Assembly: GCA_963803435.1 (NCBI GenBank)
Contig: CAWDML010000006.1
Location: 192,001-256,000, forward strand
Direction of reading: 5' to 3'
Origin: an uncultured delta proteobacterium
GTDB lineage: Bacteria > Myxococcota > Kuafuiibacteriia > Kuafuiibacteriales > Kuafuiibacteriaceae
DNA length: 64,000 bases
Shown here: piece after piece, positions 9,545-20,122 of the stretch
How the letters are laid out: each line of letters starts with the position of its first letter
How positions within the stretch are numbered: the first letter of the stretch is position 1
Notes under the pieces: generated by a model
The model's input: only the letters and a program-made list of their open reading frames with translations
Told to the model about the DNA's origin: nothing
The model's database searches: none
Translations under genes and position numbers: made by a program

Positions 9545-10791
9545 AGGTCGCGATCGTCGGCGGCGGAGCGGCCGGGCTGGTCACCGCGTGGCTCCTCGAG
9601 AAGACGCACCAGGTGACGCTCTTCGAGAAGAGCGCGTCGGTCGGCGGCCACGCGCAGACGTTCACCGTCGAGCTGGGCGGCCGGGTCCGCTCCGTCGACA
9701 CGGGCGTCCACTTCGTCGCAGAGCGCCTGCAGCCGCTGTTCATCCGGCTGCTCGAGCACCTCGACGTCCCGCTGGCCCCTTACCTGCCGAGCGCGACCTT
9801 CCACGATCGTCGCGACGGCTGGACCGTCTGCCTGCCGCCGATGGGCAACGCGTCGCGCTGGAGCGGGCTCACGAGCCGCCGCAACCTCACCGCGCTCGCC
9901 GCGCTGCGGACCTTGATCGGAGGCGCGGTGCACCTGGTGGAGGCGAGCGACGACTTCGACACCCCGCTCGAAGCCTTCGTCGATCGCCTCGGGATCTCCG
10001 AGACCGCGCGCCACGGCTTCCTCTATCCCTACCTCGCGTCGTATTGGGGCGTCTCACCGTCGGAGGTGTGCACGTACTCGGCCAAGAACGCCCTCTCCTA
10101 TCTGGTGTTGCTTCGCCCGCCGTTGATCCGCCCGCGCCCCATGATCCGGGTGGCGGGCGGGATGCGCGCCTATCTCGACCGCCTCGTCGCGAAGCTCACG
10201 CGGACGGCGTTCGAGCGCGCCGCCTCCGTCGCCGGCGTGGTGCGGCTCGGCGATCGATACGCCATCGAGCTCGCCGGATCGGCGCCCCGCCGCGTCGAAG
10301 GGTTCGATCAGGTGGTGCTGGCGACGAACGCCGCGGAGGCGGCGCGGATCCTGTCGCGGCTCCCCTCCACCGAAGCGGTGCGTGCGGTGCTCGGGCAGGT
10401 CGAGTACTTCGAGACCGTCGTCGCGGTCCACGGCGATCCTTCGTTCATGCCGCGCAATCGGGCACACTGGTCGCTCGTCAACTGCATCTTCGACGGTCAC
10501 CATGCGGCCCTCACCAACCGCGAGGTCGTGAACGGCGACGTCGATCTATTCCGAAGCTGGATCACGCACGCCTCGAGAAGGCCAGAGCCCTGCTACCAGG
10601 AGGTGCGCTTCTTCCACCCCCGGCCGAGCCCGGGCTACTTCCGCGCGCAACGCCTGCTCGAGCCGCATCAGGGGGCGGACAACCTGTGGTTCGCCGGGAT
10701 GTACGTGACGGGCTACGACCACCACGACGGCGCGCTCGCGTCGGCGGTCCGGGTGGCCAAGGGTCTCGGGGGCGCTTCGCCGTTCGGATGA
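9541..10791 (+). CDS. FAD-dependent oxidoreductase (amine-oxidase-like, COG2907-type)
   Basis: MKVAIVGGGAAG Rossmann fold, GGHAQT, VDTG, QGADNLWFAG..HDGALASA. ATGA overlap with the Rieske gene. Confidence 0.85.
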   Translation: MKVAIVGGGAAGLVTAWLLEKTHQVTLFEKSASVGGHAQTFTVELGGRVRSVDTGVHFVAERLQPLFIRLLEHLDVPLAPYLPSATFHDRRDGWTVCLPPMGNASRWSGLTSRRNLTALAALRTLIGGAVHLVEASDDFDTPLEAFVDRLGISETARHGFLYPYLASYWGVSPSEVCTYSAKNALSYLVLLRPPLIRPRPMIRVAGGMRAYLDRLVAKLTRTAFERAASVAGVVRLGDRYAIELAGSAPRRVEGFDQVVLATNAAEAARILSRLPSTEAVRAVLGQVEYFETVVAVHGDPSFMPRNRAHWSLVNCIFDGHHAALTNREVVNGDVDLFRSWITHASRRPEPCYQEVRFFHPRPSPGYFRAQRLLEPHQGADNLWFAGMYVTGYDHHDGALASAVRVAKGLGGASPFG

Positions 10792-10846
10792 AGTCGCTGG
10801 CGGCCTCTGACGGCCGGTTCGGGAGTTTGTTAGGCTCGCGCCCTCC

Positions 10847-13367
10847 GTGGACGTCGTAGAGAACCTCCTCCTCCTCTACATCGGGGCGCTCCTGATCAAC
10901 GTCGTGCTGTCCGGCCTGCTCTGGCTCGGCCACCGCACGATCCAGTATCGCAGCCTGCTCCTGGTCTGGGCCTCGTCGGTCGTGACGTTCGTGGTTCAGG
11001 GCGTGCTCAGCACCGGAGACGTCGCCATCGCGCTGGGGTTCGCGTCGGTCTTTTTGGTCACGATGTCCATGGCCCAGCTCCTGGCCTCCGTGATCCCGGT
11101 CCGCCCGCCTAGGCGGGTGTACAGCGTGATCATGGGAGGGTGCACCGCCGCGTCCGCCCTCGCGGCCGCGCTATCGGCGCGCTTCGCGGTGGTCGCGCTG
11201 CCCCTCGCGATCGGAGTCGTGGTCCCGATCATTCACACCTCGGTGGTGGTCGTTCACCGTCATTGGGCCAAGCTCAGCACCACCGGCCGCGCGCTGGTGT
11301 TGAGCTGCTTCGTCTACTCGATCCACATCCTGGACTTTCCCTTTCTTCGCGATCGTCCCGAGACCGCCGCCTTCGGCTTCACGGTCGCGCTCCTGATCGT
11401 GTTCGCGCTGTCGATCACCGCGTCCGGCGTGGTCTCCGAGCGCATCGCCGAGGAGCGGGCGCAGATCCAGGAGATCGATCGGGTGAAGACGCAGTTCTTC
11501 GCGAACATCTCCCACGAGCTGCGCACGCCGCTCACGGTGATCCTGGCATCGCTCGAGCAGCTGCTCCTCAGCTCGCAGTTCACGACGGAGGACCGGCGAC
11601 AGATTGAGGTGGTCCGACGCAACGCCGTGCGGCTCCTGCGCCTGATCGACGAGATGCTCGACCTGTCGAAGATCGACGCCGGCGGGCTCCGGCTCAACAT
11701 CACGCCCTTCTCGCTCCGGAGCCTGGCCAGCAACATCGCCGAGAACAACCAGCCCCTGGCCGAGTCGCGGAAGATCGAGCTGGTCTTCGATCGAGGCGGC
11801 ACCGACGAGATCGAGGATCTGCATGGGGATCCGCATCGGCTGGAGATCATTCTCGCCAACCTCCTCGGCAACGCGCTCAAGTACACACCCAAGGGCGGAC
11901 GCGTCCGGGTCGCGGTCGTCGACGATCCGCTGGGCGCGGCGGTCCAGGTCGAGGACAACGGGCCGGGCATCCCGGCCGCCGACCTCCCGCGGGTCTTCGA
12001 GCGCTTCTACCAGGTGAACCAGAAGGAGCGGCGCCAGGGCGGGGTCGGCATCGGCCTGGCGCTGGCCAAGGACCTCGCCGAGATGCACGGAGGCCGGTTG
12101 ACCGTCGCCAGCGACCTCGGAAGAGGGTCGACATTCACGCTCTGGCTCCCCAAGGGCAAGGACCACTTCCGCCCCGAGGTGATCGAACGCCGCGCGGCCT
12201 TCACGCCGTTCGCCGAGAACCGCGGCAACCACGCCGAGGAGACCTCAGCCGAGATCCGCGCCCCCGTGACCGCCGTGCTGGAAGACAGCGGTACGTCGGA
12301 TCTCACGGTCGGCGGGCGGCGCGCCCGGCTGCTGGTGGTGGAGGATCAGGACGAGCTTCGCGCCTTCATGGTGAAGATCTTCTCGGCGTCGTTCGAGGTG
12401 CTCGACGCCGCCGACGGCGACGAGGGCTGGGAGGTCATCCAGAAGGAGAAGCCGGATCTGGTGGTCTCCGACGTCATGATGCCGCATCGGCTGGGCACCG
12501 AGCTGTGTCGAGCGATCAAGTCCGATCCCGTGCTTCGCTCCACCCCGGTGATCCTGTTGACGGCGCGCGTCGGCTCCGAGGCGACGCTCGAAGCCTACGC
12601 GCACGGCGCCAACGACTTCGTGGCCAAGCCCTTCCATCCGCAGGTGCTGCTGGCGCGGGTGCGCGCGCAGCTCCAGATCCGGTCGCTCAGCTTTCAGCTG
12701 GCCTCGCAGGAGAAGCTGGCGGCGATCGGTACGCTCGCCGCCGGTGTGGCCCACGAGGTCCGCAACCCGCTGAACTTCATCCTGAACGCCACCAACGTCT
12801 TGCTCGAGGATCCGGATCCCGACACCGCGCGCGAGCTCCTCGAGGTGGTCGCGGACGGCGCCAAGCGCATCGATGGGATCGTCTCAGCGCTCAACATCCA
12901 CGCCCGGCCGACCGACCAGGGGATGGCGCCCGCCGTCTGCGATCTCCGGGAAGGGCTGGAGGCGACCCTCCGCCTGCTCTCGCACCGGATGAAGCAGGTC
13001 GAGCTCATCCGCGAGTACGAGACCGAACAGCGGGCCTGGGCGCCCCCCGGACCGATCAACCAGATCCTGATGAACCTGCTGGACAACGCCGTGCGATCGG
13101 GCGCTTCCAAGCTGTGGCTGCGGGTGATCGCGAACGGGGACCGGATCCGGGTGCGGATCGCCGACAACGGCCCGGGCGTGCCCGACGATGTCGCCGAGCG
13201 GATCTCTCGATCCGTTCTTCACGACGCGCCCGCCGGGCGAGGGTACGGGCCTCGGGCTCTATCTTTCCCGCAAGATGGCCCAGGACTGCGGCGGGTCCCT
13301 CACCCTCAAGCGCCGGGATGCAGGGGGCGCCGAGTTCCAGCTCGAGCTGCCCCAGCCGGCCGCGTGA
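10847..13367 (+). CDS. Membrane hybrid sensor histidine kinase (multi-TM, HisKA, HATPase, REC, HisKA, HATPase); one frame break near 13206
   Basis: ANISHELRTPL, NLLGNALKYT, GVGIGL, DVMMP receiver, AHEVRNPL. Removing one base restores IFDPFFTTRPPGEGTGLGL up to TGA at 13365-13367. Confidence 0.88.
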
Positions 13368-13446
13368 AGATCGGCCTCAAGTCCGGCGCAGATGTGCCGA
13401 AGGACCCGGATGTGGGTGGTTTTCGCCTAACCGGAGGAGAGTGAGC

Positions 13447-14928
13447 ATGGCCAAGTCGATCCCAACCCCGAAGGGCAACTGGCTTCTCGGCAGCCTGATG
13501 GAGCTCCAGAAGGATCCCCTGGGTCTGTTCGAGCGGTCGACCGCGGCGCACGGGGACGTGGTCCGGATCCGGTTCGCCTCCGCGAACGCCGTGCTCGTCA
13601 ACCACCCCGACAACGTCGAGCACGTGCTGACCACGAACGCGTCCAATTACGTCCGCGACGGCGCGTTCCAGAAGGCGGGCCGACTGATCCTCGGCGACTC
13701 CCTGGTCGTGAGCGAGGGTGACTTCTGGAAGAAGCACCGGCGGATCATCAACCCGATCTTCCAGCGGCAGCAGATCGACCAGTTCGCGGAGACGATGACC
13801 GACGCCACCGAGCGCCTGGAGGCGCGCTGGGGCGAGTCCCTCGGCGAGGGACGGGCGGTCGATCTCGCGGCGGAGATGTCGCGCCTCACCATCGACATCG
13901 TGGGCCACGCGCTCTTCGGCGCCGACATCGAAGGCAACACCGACGACATCATGGCGGCCGAAGACTCGGCGGCGAAGGACGTCTTCACCAAGGTTCGCAT
14001 GCCGTTCCAGGCGCCCGCGTTCCTCCCCACGCCGGCCAACCGCCGCTTGCGGAAGGCGCGCCGCACCGTCGAGGGCGTGCTGAAGACGGTCATCGAGAAG
14101 GTGCGCCGGACGCCCGACTCGAAGACGCTCACCGCCATGCTGGTCAACGCCCGCGACACCGAGACCGGCGACGGCCTCGGCGAGAGGCACGTCTTCGATC
14201 AGCTGACCGGATTCGTCCTGGCCGGACACGAGACCAGCGCCAACGCGCTGACCTGGACGCTGTACTTCCTGGCGCAGCATCCCGAGATCGAGCGGCGGCT
14301 GCTCGACGAGTACGACGCGGTGCTCGGCGATCGACCGCCGACGGTCGAGGACGTGCCGCGCCTCGTCGAGACCCGCAACGTGCTGAACGAGTCGATGCGG
14401 CTGCGACCTCCCGCCTGGCTGATCCCGCGGAACGCGGTCGCCGGCGACGAGATCGGCGGCTACACGATCCCGGGCGGACAGCTCATCTGGGTCAGCCCCT
14501 GGATCCTCCACCGGCACCCCGCGATCTGGAGCGATCCGACCACGTTCGATCCCGATCGGTTCCTCCCCGAGGCCTCCAAGAACCGCCACCGGTGCGCCTT
14601 CATCCCGTTCGGCCTGGGACAGAAGATGTGCGTCGGCTCCGGCTTCGCCATGCTGGAGATGCAGCTGGCGCTGCCCCGGCTGGTGCGCGGCTTCCGCTAT
14701 CGGCTCCCCGAGGGCGCCGAGCCGATCCCGGAGCCGTACGTCACGCTCCGGCCGCGCGGCGGTATGCCGATGATCGTCGAGGTGCGGAAGCGGGCCAGCG
14801 CGCCCAAGCGCTCGTCCTCCTCCTCCTCCGCGCGGATCCCGACGCCCGCCGGCGGCTACCTGGAGGCGGCCGGTCACGCGGCCGCCCTGACCGGCTCCGG
14901 GTGCCCGTTCCATCCGAAGCCCTCCTGA
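13447..14928 (+). CDS. Cytochrome P450
   Basis: AGHETSA I-helix, ESMR (ExxR), FDPDRF, FGLGQKMCVG heme ligand; GGAGGAG RBS (alternative GTG start at 13441). Confidence 0.95.
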   Translation: MAKSIPTPKGNWLLGSLMELQKDPLGLFERSTAAHGDVVRIRFASANAVLVNHPDNVEHVLTTNASNYVRDGAFQKAGRLILGDSLVVSEGDFWKKHRRIINPIFQRQQIDQFAETMTDATERLEARWGESLGEGRAVDLAAEMSRLTIDIVGHALFGADIEGNTDDIMAAEDSAAKDVFTKVRMPFQAPAFLPTPANRRLRKARRTVEGVLKTVIEKVRRTPDSKTLTAMLVNARDTETGDGLGERHVFDQLTGFVLAGHETSANALTWTLYFLAQHPEIERRLLDEYDAVLGDRPPTVEDVPRLVETRNVLNESMRLRPPAWLIPRNAVAGDEIGGYTIPGGQLIWVSPWILHRHPAIWSDPTTFDPDRFLPEASKNRHRCAFIPFGLGQKMCVGSGFAMLEMQLALPRLVRGFRYRLPEGAEPIPEPYVTLRPRGGMPMIVEVRKRASAPKRSSSSSSARIPTPAGGYLEAAGHAAALTGSGCPFHPKPS

Positions 14929-15007
14929 GAGGTGTGGCGGCGCGTTCTCGGGTGCGCAGCGGCCGATTCTCGAGCTCGCACGCGGGCGCGTACAATGGAG
15001 CGCTCCG

Positions 15008-17923
15008 GTGTCGAGCTCCACCATCCCGCCGCATGGACGCGCGGCCTCCCAGCAGCCGGCGGCCGAAGCCTGCGCGGAGGTCCATGCCCCGGTCCCGGTC
15101 GAGCGCTCCACACCGCACCCCAAGGTCGCGGCGCTCGAGCGCGTGGTGGAGAAGGTGGGCGCGCGCGCGCCCCCGGAGCCGCCCGGGATCATCGGCTACC
15201 TCTCCGAGGTGGTGGGGCGAGACTTCCTCGACTACGCCCCGCCCGAGATGAAGGCGTTCACGCTGGCCGCCATCAAGGATGCGCGGCTCGGGAAGTGGAA
15301 GAAGATGCGCGCGCTGAGCGCGCTGCTGACGCCGGGCAACCCGCTCAGCAAGGCGGCGTGGAAGCGCGCGCTGGCCGAGGCGCTCGGACACCTCACCTAC
15401 GAGGTGCCTCCGCTCTCGACCGGTGAGCTGGCCTCGCTGCGCACTCTGCTCGAAGGCCCGGTGGCCGACGTCATCCGGGCGCAGGCGGCCGGGGGAAAGC
15501 AGGCGCCGCACGATCTGAAGTCGCTCGACGAGCTCCTCTCCTCGAAGGCGCTCCGGGCCCGGCTGCTCGAGCTTCACCCGGTGAAGGAAGACGTCGAGGC
15601 GGCGATCAAGGTCGCCCGCGCCGTCGTCGATCAGCTGAGCGAGCACTTCGAGGCCTTCGCGATCGATCGGCAGGTCCTCGAGCAGGTCACCGACGCCTCC
15701 GGCCGTCTCGACAGCGCGAAGCTCGATCGCTTTCCACCGATCGTCCGCGTGCTCCTGGAGGATCCGCAGTGCGGCGCCCGTACGATCTCGGCGGTGCGTA
15801 AGGGTGCCGTGGTCACCACGCAGCTGCTCAGGAAGACGCCCGAGAAGGTGATCGCCGACCTCAACAAGTTCTCTGCGACGCTCGCCGGCGGCGGCTCGCT
15901 CTGGGTGGACGAGTACGTCCGCACCGGCCGGAAGCTCCGCATCACCCGCGGAGACGTGGAGCGAAAGCGCCTCGAGCTGGAGAAGACGGTCGGACGCGTG
16001 GAGGCGGCGATCGAGAAGTGCCGCGACCGACTGCTCGAGTCGAAGAAGGTCGAGCCCGCGCAGAAGCAGGCCCTGACGCAGGCGATCGCGATCGCGGATC
16101 CCGAGGCCCGCGCCCGCGCCCTCGACACGCTCGTCCCGACGCTCGATGGGGCCGCCAAGGGCGAGGCGATCCGCTTCGCGCGCCTCACGCGAAACCTCGA
16201 GGTCGTTCGTGCCACCGATCCCAAGGCCGTCCTGGAGGAGATCCAGGGCCAGCTCTCGCGCTTCGAGGCGTTCCGTAAGGAGGCCGTCCGGATCTCGGTC
16301 GGCGGCGCCGGCAGCGCCGAGCAGCACGGGCTCGCCGGCGCCATCCAGCGATCGCGAAGCTTGGGGCGTTACGGCCACGAGACGCTGGTCGAGACCGTCA
16401 GCCACGACTACGCGAACGAGGCCACCGAGTCGGCCCGCAAGATCATCTACGGCGTGGGCGGGATGGCCGTCGCCGGCGTGGGCGCGCACGAGCTCTTCGG
16501 CGACGGCGTCATGCACACGCTCATCTCGATCTTCGAGGATGTCGCGACCGATGTCGGCGAGGTCTCCTCGATGACGAGCCAGGGCGTGCCGCTCGGCGAC
16601 ATCGTGCGCGGCGGGCGCGTGCTCGGCCAGCTGCTCACGCTCGGCGGCGCCACCTTTGCGGCGAGCCAGGCCCATCACTTCATCGCGGCGGGCGCGTCGG
16701 GCGCGACGGCCGCTGGTACCTTCGGGGGCTTCCTGCTCGGCGTCGGCTCTTGCGCGTTGACCTGCTACACCAGCGTCTATAGCTACAACCTGTTTCGCAG
16801 GGTGTTTCGCGATCTCGCGCTCGAAGGAAAGTTCGATCTCGCGAGCACGCGCGCGATCCGGAAGGCCCTCCCCGATGAGGCGCGGTCCGCGCTGGAGGCG
16901 GCCGAGCACCAGCTCGGGCGCCTGCCCACGCCGGACGAGCTCGTCGGTCGCCTGAAGGACGTCTCCGAGGGGCGCGCCGCCGAGCTCGGTGACCGGTACG
17001 CGAAGCTGCTCCTCGAGCACGGAGAGGACGCGATGGTCGACGAGGCGAGGCGCTGCCTCCCCCGCGTCGCCGAACAGGCTGGCATGCCGGAGCTCGTCGA
17101 GGATCTCGAGAGCGCGTTCGATCGCGTGCGCTCGGAGTACCAGGGCCTCCCGGATGGTGACAGCCTGGCCCGGGCGCTCGCCGAGCTGCGGACCGATCTA
17201 CCGGAGTCGGTGCTCTCCGCGGTCCGCGAGACGCAGCAGGACGCGATCAGGCTGGTCGCGCACGGGGTCGATCAGAAGGCCGTGCTGCACGAGCTCGCGG
17301 TCAACCTGGCGCACACGCTCACCGAGACGGTGAAGCACAAGGGTCACTCGGTCGACGAGTCTGCGGTGCTCGCCCTGCTCGCCCAGCGCCTCTCGGCCCT
17401 CGAGACGTCGTTCGACCTCGGCTCCGCGCAGCTCGTCGGTCTGATCGACGGGTGCATGCGCGACGTCGTCGAGCTGGCGGCTGAGCGGGATCCGCAGGCG
17501 CGCGCGCTGCTGAGCGAGATCAGCACCTGGCGCGCCACCCTCCAGACCCACGCGAAGGATCTCGATCGCGAGATCGAGCAGAAGGTCCGGACCGAGATCC
17601 GGGATTTCGGTCGCCGCGCTGGAAGGGATCAAACGATCGCCAATCCCGTCCGCGCCATGCTGATCCTCGGGATCGCGGTGTGCGTCGTCTCGCTCACCAC
17701 GGTCGGCGCCCTCCTGCCCGCGTTCCTGCTCGGCAAGGTGGGCGCCGGCGTGCTGGCGACGCTCGCCTCCTCGGAGAGCCTCGTCGCGACCTTCGGCCTC
17801 GCGTCGCGCAAGCACGTCCACCAGAAGGCGCTCCGCCAGCTGGGCGAGGCGATCGCCGGCGATGTTCGACGGGAGCGGCTCGGTCCCGAGCTGGGAGAAG
17901 GCGCCCCCGCCGGGGCGCACTGA
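15008..17923 (+). CDS. Large hypothetical helical protein with internal and C-terminal hydrophobic segments
   Basis: 971-aa ORF with host-like codon usage; no signal peptide or catalytic motif recognised. Confidence 0.7.
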   Translation: MSSSTIPPHGRAASQQPAAEACAEVHAPVPVERSTPHPKVAALERVVEKVGARAPPEPPGIIGYLSEVVGRDFLDYAPPEMKAFTLAAIKDARLGKWKKMRALSALLTPGNPLSKAAWKRALAEALGHLTYEVPPLSTGELASLRTLLEGPVADVIRAQAAGGKQAPHDLKSLDELLSSKALRARLLELHPVKEDVEAAIKVARAVVDQLSEHFEAFAIDRQVLEQVTDASGRLDSAKLDRFPPIVRVLLEDPQCGARTISAVRKGAVVTTQLLRKTPEKVIADLNKFSATLAGGGSLWVDEYVRTGRKLRITRGDVERKRLELEKTVGRVEAAIEKCRDRLLESKKVEPAQKQALTQAIAIADPEARARALDTLVPTLDGAAKGEAIRFARLTRNLEVVRATDPKAVLEEIQGQLSRFEAFRKEAVRISVGGAGSAEQHGLAGAIQRSRSLGRYGHETLVETVSHDYANEATESARKIIYGVGGMAVAGVGAHELFGDGVMHTLISIFEDVATDVGEVSSMTSQGVPLGDIVRGGRVLGQLLTLGGATFAASQAHHFIAAGASGATAAGTFGGFLLGVGSCALTCYTSVYSYNLFRRVFRDLALEGKFDLASTRAIRKALPDEARSALEAAEHQLGRLPTPDELVGRLKDVSEGRAAELGDRYAKLLLEHGEDAMVDEARRCLPRVAEQAGMPELVEDLESAFDRVRSEYQGLPDGDSLARALAELRTDLPESVLSAVRETQQDAIRLVAHGVDQKAVLHELAVNLAHTLTETVKHKGHSVDESAVLALLAQRLSALETSFDLGSAQLVGLIDGCMRDVVELAAERDPQARALLSEISTWRATLQTHAKDLDREIEQKVRTEIRDFGRRAGRDQTIANPVRAMLILGIAVCVVSLTTVGALLPAFLLGKVGAGVLATLASSESLVATFGLASRKHVHQKALRQLGEAIAGDVRRERLGPELGEGAPAGAH

Positions 17924-17934
17924 AGGCGTCACCG

Positions 17935-18292
17935 TCAGTGCAGGATGCGGATCTCGGGCGCGCGCACCTCTACCATCACCGAGATCCGGAACCGGCACGC
18001 GACGTCGTATTCGAGGTAGCCGTTGCCGTTGATCATCCGAACGTCCGCCGTGTGAACCGGCTCCACCTCGAACGCGCTGCCCGCGATGCGGCGACCCCCC
18101 GCCACGTGGGTGGTCTCCTCGCCGACGCGAAGGTGGATCCAATCGGATCTCCCCGGCGTCGAGCCCGACGGCGGCGGAGAAGACTCCGGGGCCCTGTCCC
18201 GTCGGGAACGCGCGCGTCTGGTACGCCCGCTGAGTTCTTAGGTCATCGACCGCAATCGTGACGCGCACGTCACGAGTGTTGATCTTCCGCAT
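17935..18292 (-). CDS. Small hypothetical protein; probable frame break near 18141
   Basis: MRKINTRDVRVTIAVDDL... joins WIHLRVGEETTH...RAPEIRILH-stop if one base between two GATC sites is removed. Confidence 0.4.
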
Positions 18293-18394
18293 GGACGCAA
18301 TGACTCGCACGAAGGGTGCCAGTAATTCGCAACCCAACTTGCAGATGTGCTCGTGCGCGCTCGCGTCCCATCGGGACGCGTTTCCCGCGGGGCA

Positions 18395-20098
18395 TCAGGT
18401 CCGGCGCTTCTGGATCTCGGTGTCGAGCAGGCCGTCCATGCAGCGGTTTACACCCCCGCCGAAGGTGCGCTGTAGAAAGTTGCCACGGCGGTTCTGTTCG
18501 GCCTGCAGGGCCTGGAGCACGCGTGTGTCGTCGAAGGGAACCAGCTGCTCGACGTACCACCGGCGCACGCCGCAGTGGCGGTTCGATTGCTTCTTGAGAT
18601 CCTCGATCAGGACCGCGACCGGATCGGCGAGCTTCGACACGGCGTCGAGGCGGACCACTCCGGCGTAGGCGCGGCGACGCAGGCTCGCGGTCCCTGCGCC
18701 GGACTCGAAGACCTGCACCAGCGTGCCGACCGTCGAGGGCCCACCGGTCGACGCCATGGTCTCGACCAGATCCTGAGCGTTCTTCGGCTTCGAGCGCAGG
18801 AGCGCGATCACGTTCGCCTGGAAGCGCGGGTCGAGCTCGAGGTCGCGATCGGCGAGCGCCCGCTGGTACGCCTCGGTCCCCGCCTTGACGTCGCCCTTGG
18901 CGAACGCCAGGTGCCCCTCGTACAGCGGAATCCGCGGATCGTTCGAGGCGCTGCTCTCGAGCGCTTGGACCAGGGCCTCGACCCGGGTCAGGTCGCCGGC
19001 GTCGAGGGCGGCGTCGACGTCGCCGGTCGAGGGGCCGCCGGTCGAGAGCGTCACCGCCAGGATCACTCCGGCCAGGACCAGCGCGGCACCGGCGGCCACT
19101 GCGGGACGAACCGCGCGCAGGCGGCTCCGCAGGTTCGACCGGCGCGTCGGGTTCGAGCCGGTCCGGGTGATCGAGGCGAAGCGGGCCTCGGCGCGGCGCT
19201 GGTGGGTCTTCTCGATGACCGCCTCGTCGGCGCCCACCAGGCAGGCGAGGAGCGCCTCGCGAAAGCTGCCCGCGTCCTGGAAGCGCTCCTTCGGCGACTT
19301 CGCCATCGCGCGCTGGACCACAGCATCGAGCGCCCGAAGCTGGCCCAGATCGACGCCCTCGAGCTCGAGCGGGGGCGCGGGTGAGGTCAGATGCATGCGC
19401 AGCACGTCGACGGTGCTGGCGCCGGCGAACGGGGGCCGGCCGCTCAAGAGCTCGAACAACATCACGCCGGCCGAGTAGAGATCAGCGCGCCGGTCGGTCG
19501 GCTCTCCGGACGCCTGTTCGGGCGACATGTATCGCGGCGTACCGAACACGGCACCCGCGGTGGTGAGCTGCTTGCCGCCGTCGAGCTGGGTCTCGGTGAT
19601 CTTGGCCAGCCCGAAGTCGAGCAGCTTCACCTGATGGTGGCCGTCCTTCTCCACCAACATCACGTTGTCGGGCTTGAGATCGCGGTGGATGACCCCGTGC
19701 TCGTGCGCGTGCGCGAGCGCCTCCAGGATCTGGTCGACCAGCAGGATCGCCTCGTTCGGCTCCAGCTTCCCCCGATTCTGGAGCCGCCCGGTGAGCGGCT
19801 GGCCGTCGAGCAGCTCCATGACCAGGAAGAGCGCGCCGGTCTCGGTCTTCCCGAAGTCGGTGACCCGGACGATGTGGTGATGGTCGAGGCGCGCCGCGGA
19901 CTTCGCCTCCCGCTCGAACCGCTCCGCCACCTCCGCGATGCCCGACAGCTCCGGCCGGAGGAGCTTCATCGCCATCTCCTTCGCCATCATCGTGTGCTCG
20001 ACACGATAGACCGCGCCCATCCCACCGGCGCCGATCTCGCCGAGCACGCGATAACGCTCGGCGACGGTGTCACCCGGGCGAGGAGCGGCTCCGCTCAC
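18395..20098 (-). CDS. Membrane Ser/Thr protein kinase (Hanks type) with helical/TPR-like C-terminus
   Basis: GAGGMG, AMK, HRDLKPDN, DFG, GTPRYMSPE; TM segment AVAAGAALVLAGVILAV. Confidence 0.93.
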   Translation of the reverse strand: MSGAAPRPGDTVAERYRVLGEIGAGGMGAVYRVEHTMMAKEMAMKLLRPELSGIAEVAERFEREAKSAARLDHHHIVRVTDFGKTETGALFLVMELLDGQPLTGRLQNRGKLEPNEAILLVDQILEALAHAHEHGVIHRDLKPDNVMLVEKDGHHQVKLLDFGLAKITETQLDGGKQLTTAGAVFGTPRYMSPEQASGEPTDRRADLYSAGVMLFELLSGRPPFAGASTVDVLRMHLTSPAPPLELEGVDLGQLRALDAVVQRAMAKSPKERFQDAGSFREALLACLVGADEAVIEKTHQRRAEARFASITRTGSNPTRRSNLRSRLRAVRPAVAAGAALVLAGVILAVTLSTGGPSTGDVDAALDAGDLTRVEALVQALESSASNDPRIPLYEGHLAFAKGDVKAGTEAYQRALADRDLELDPRFQANVIALLRSKPKNAQDLVETMASTGGPSTVGTLVQVFESGAGTASLRRRAYAGVVRLDAVSKLADPVAVLIEDLKKQSNRHCGVRRWYVEQLVPFDDTRVLQALQAEQNRRGNFLQRTFGGGVNRCMDGLLDTEIQKRRT

Positions 20099-20122
20099 GG
20101 TCCCGAAGCGTAGCCGAAGGTC

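Noticed and set aside
13447-14928. P450 as sterol demethylase CYP51
   Set aside because: The I-helix reads AGHET rather than the His-Thr (AGxHT) signature of CYP51; the family cannot be assigned by eye.
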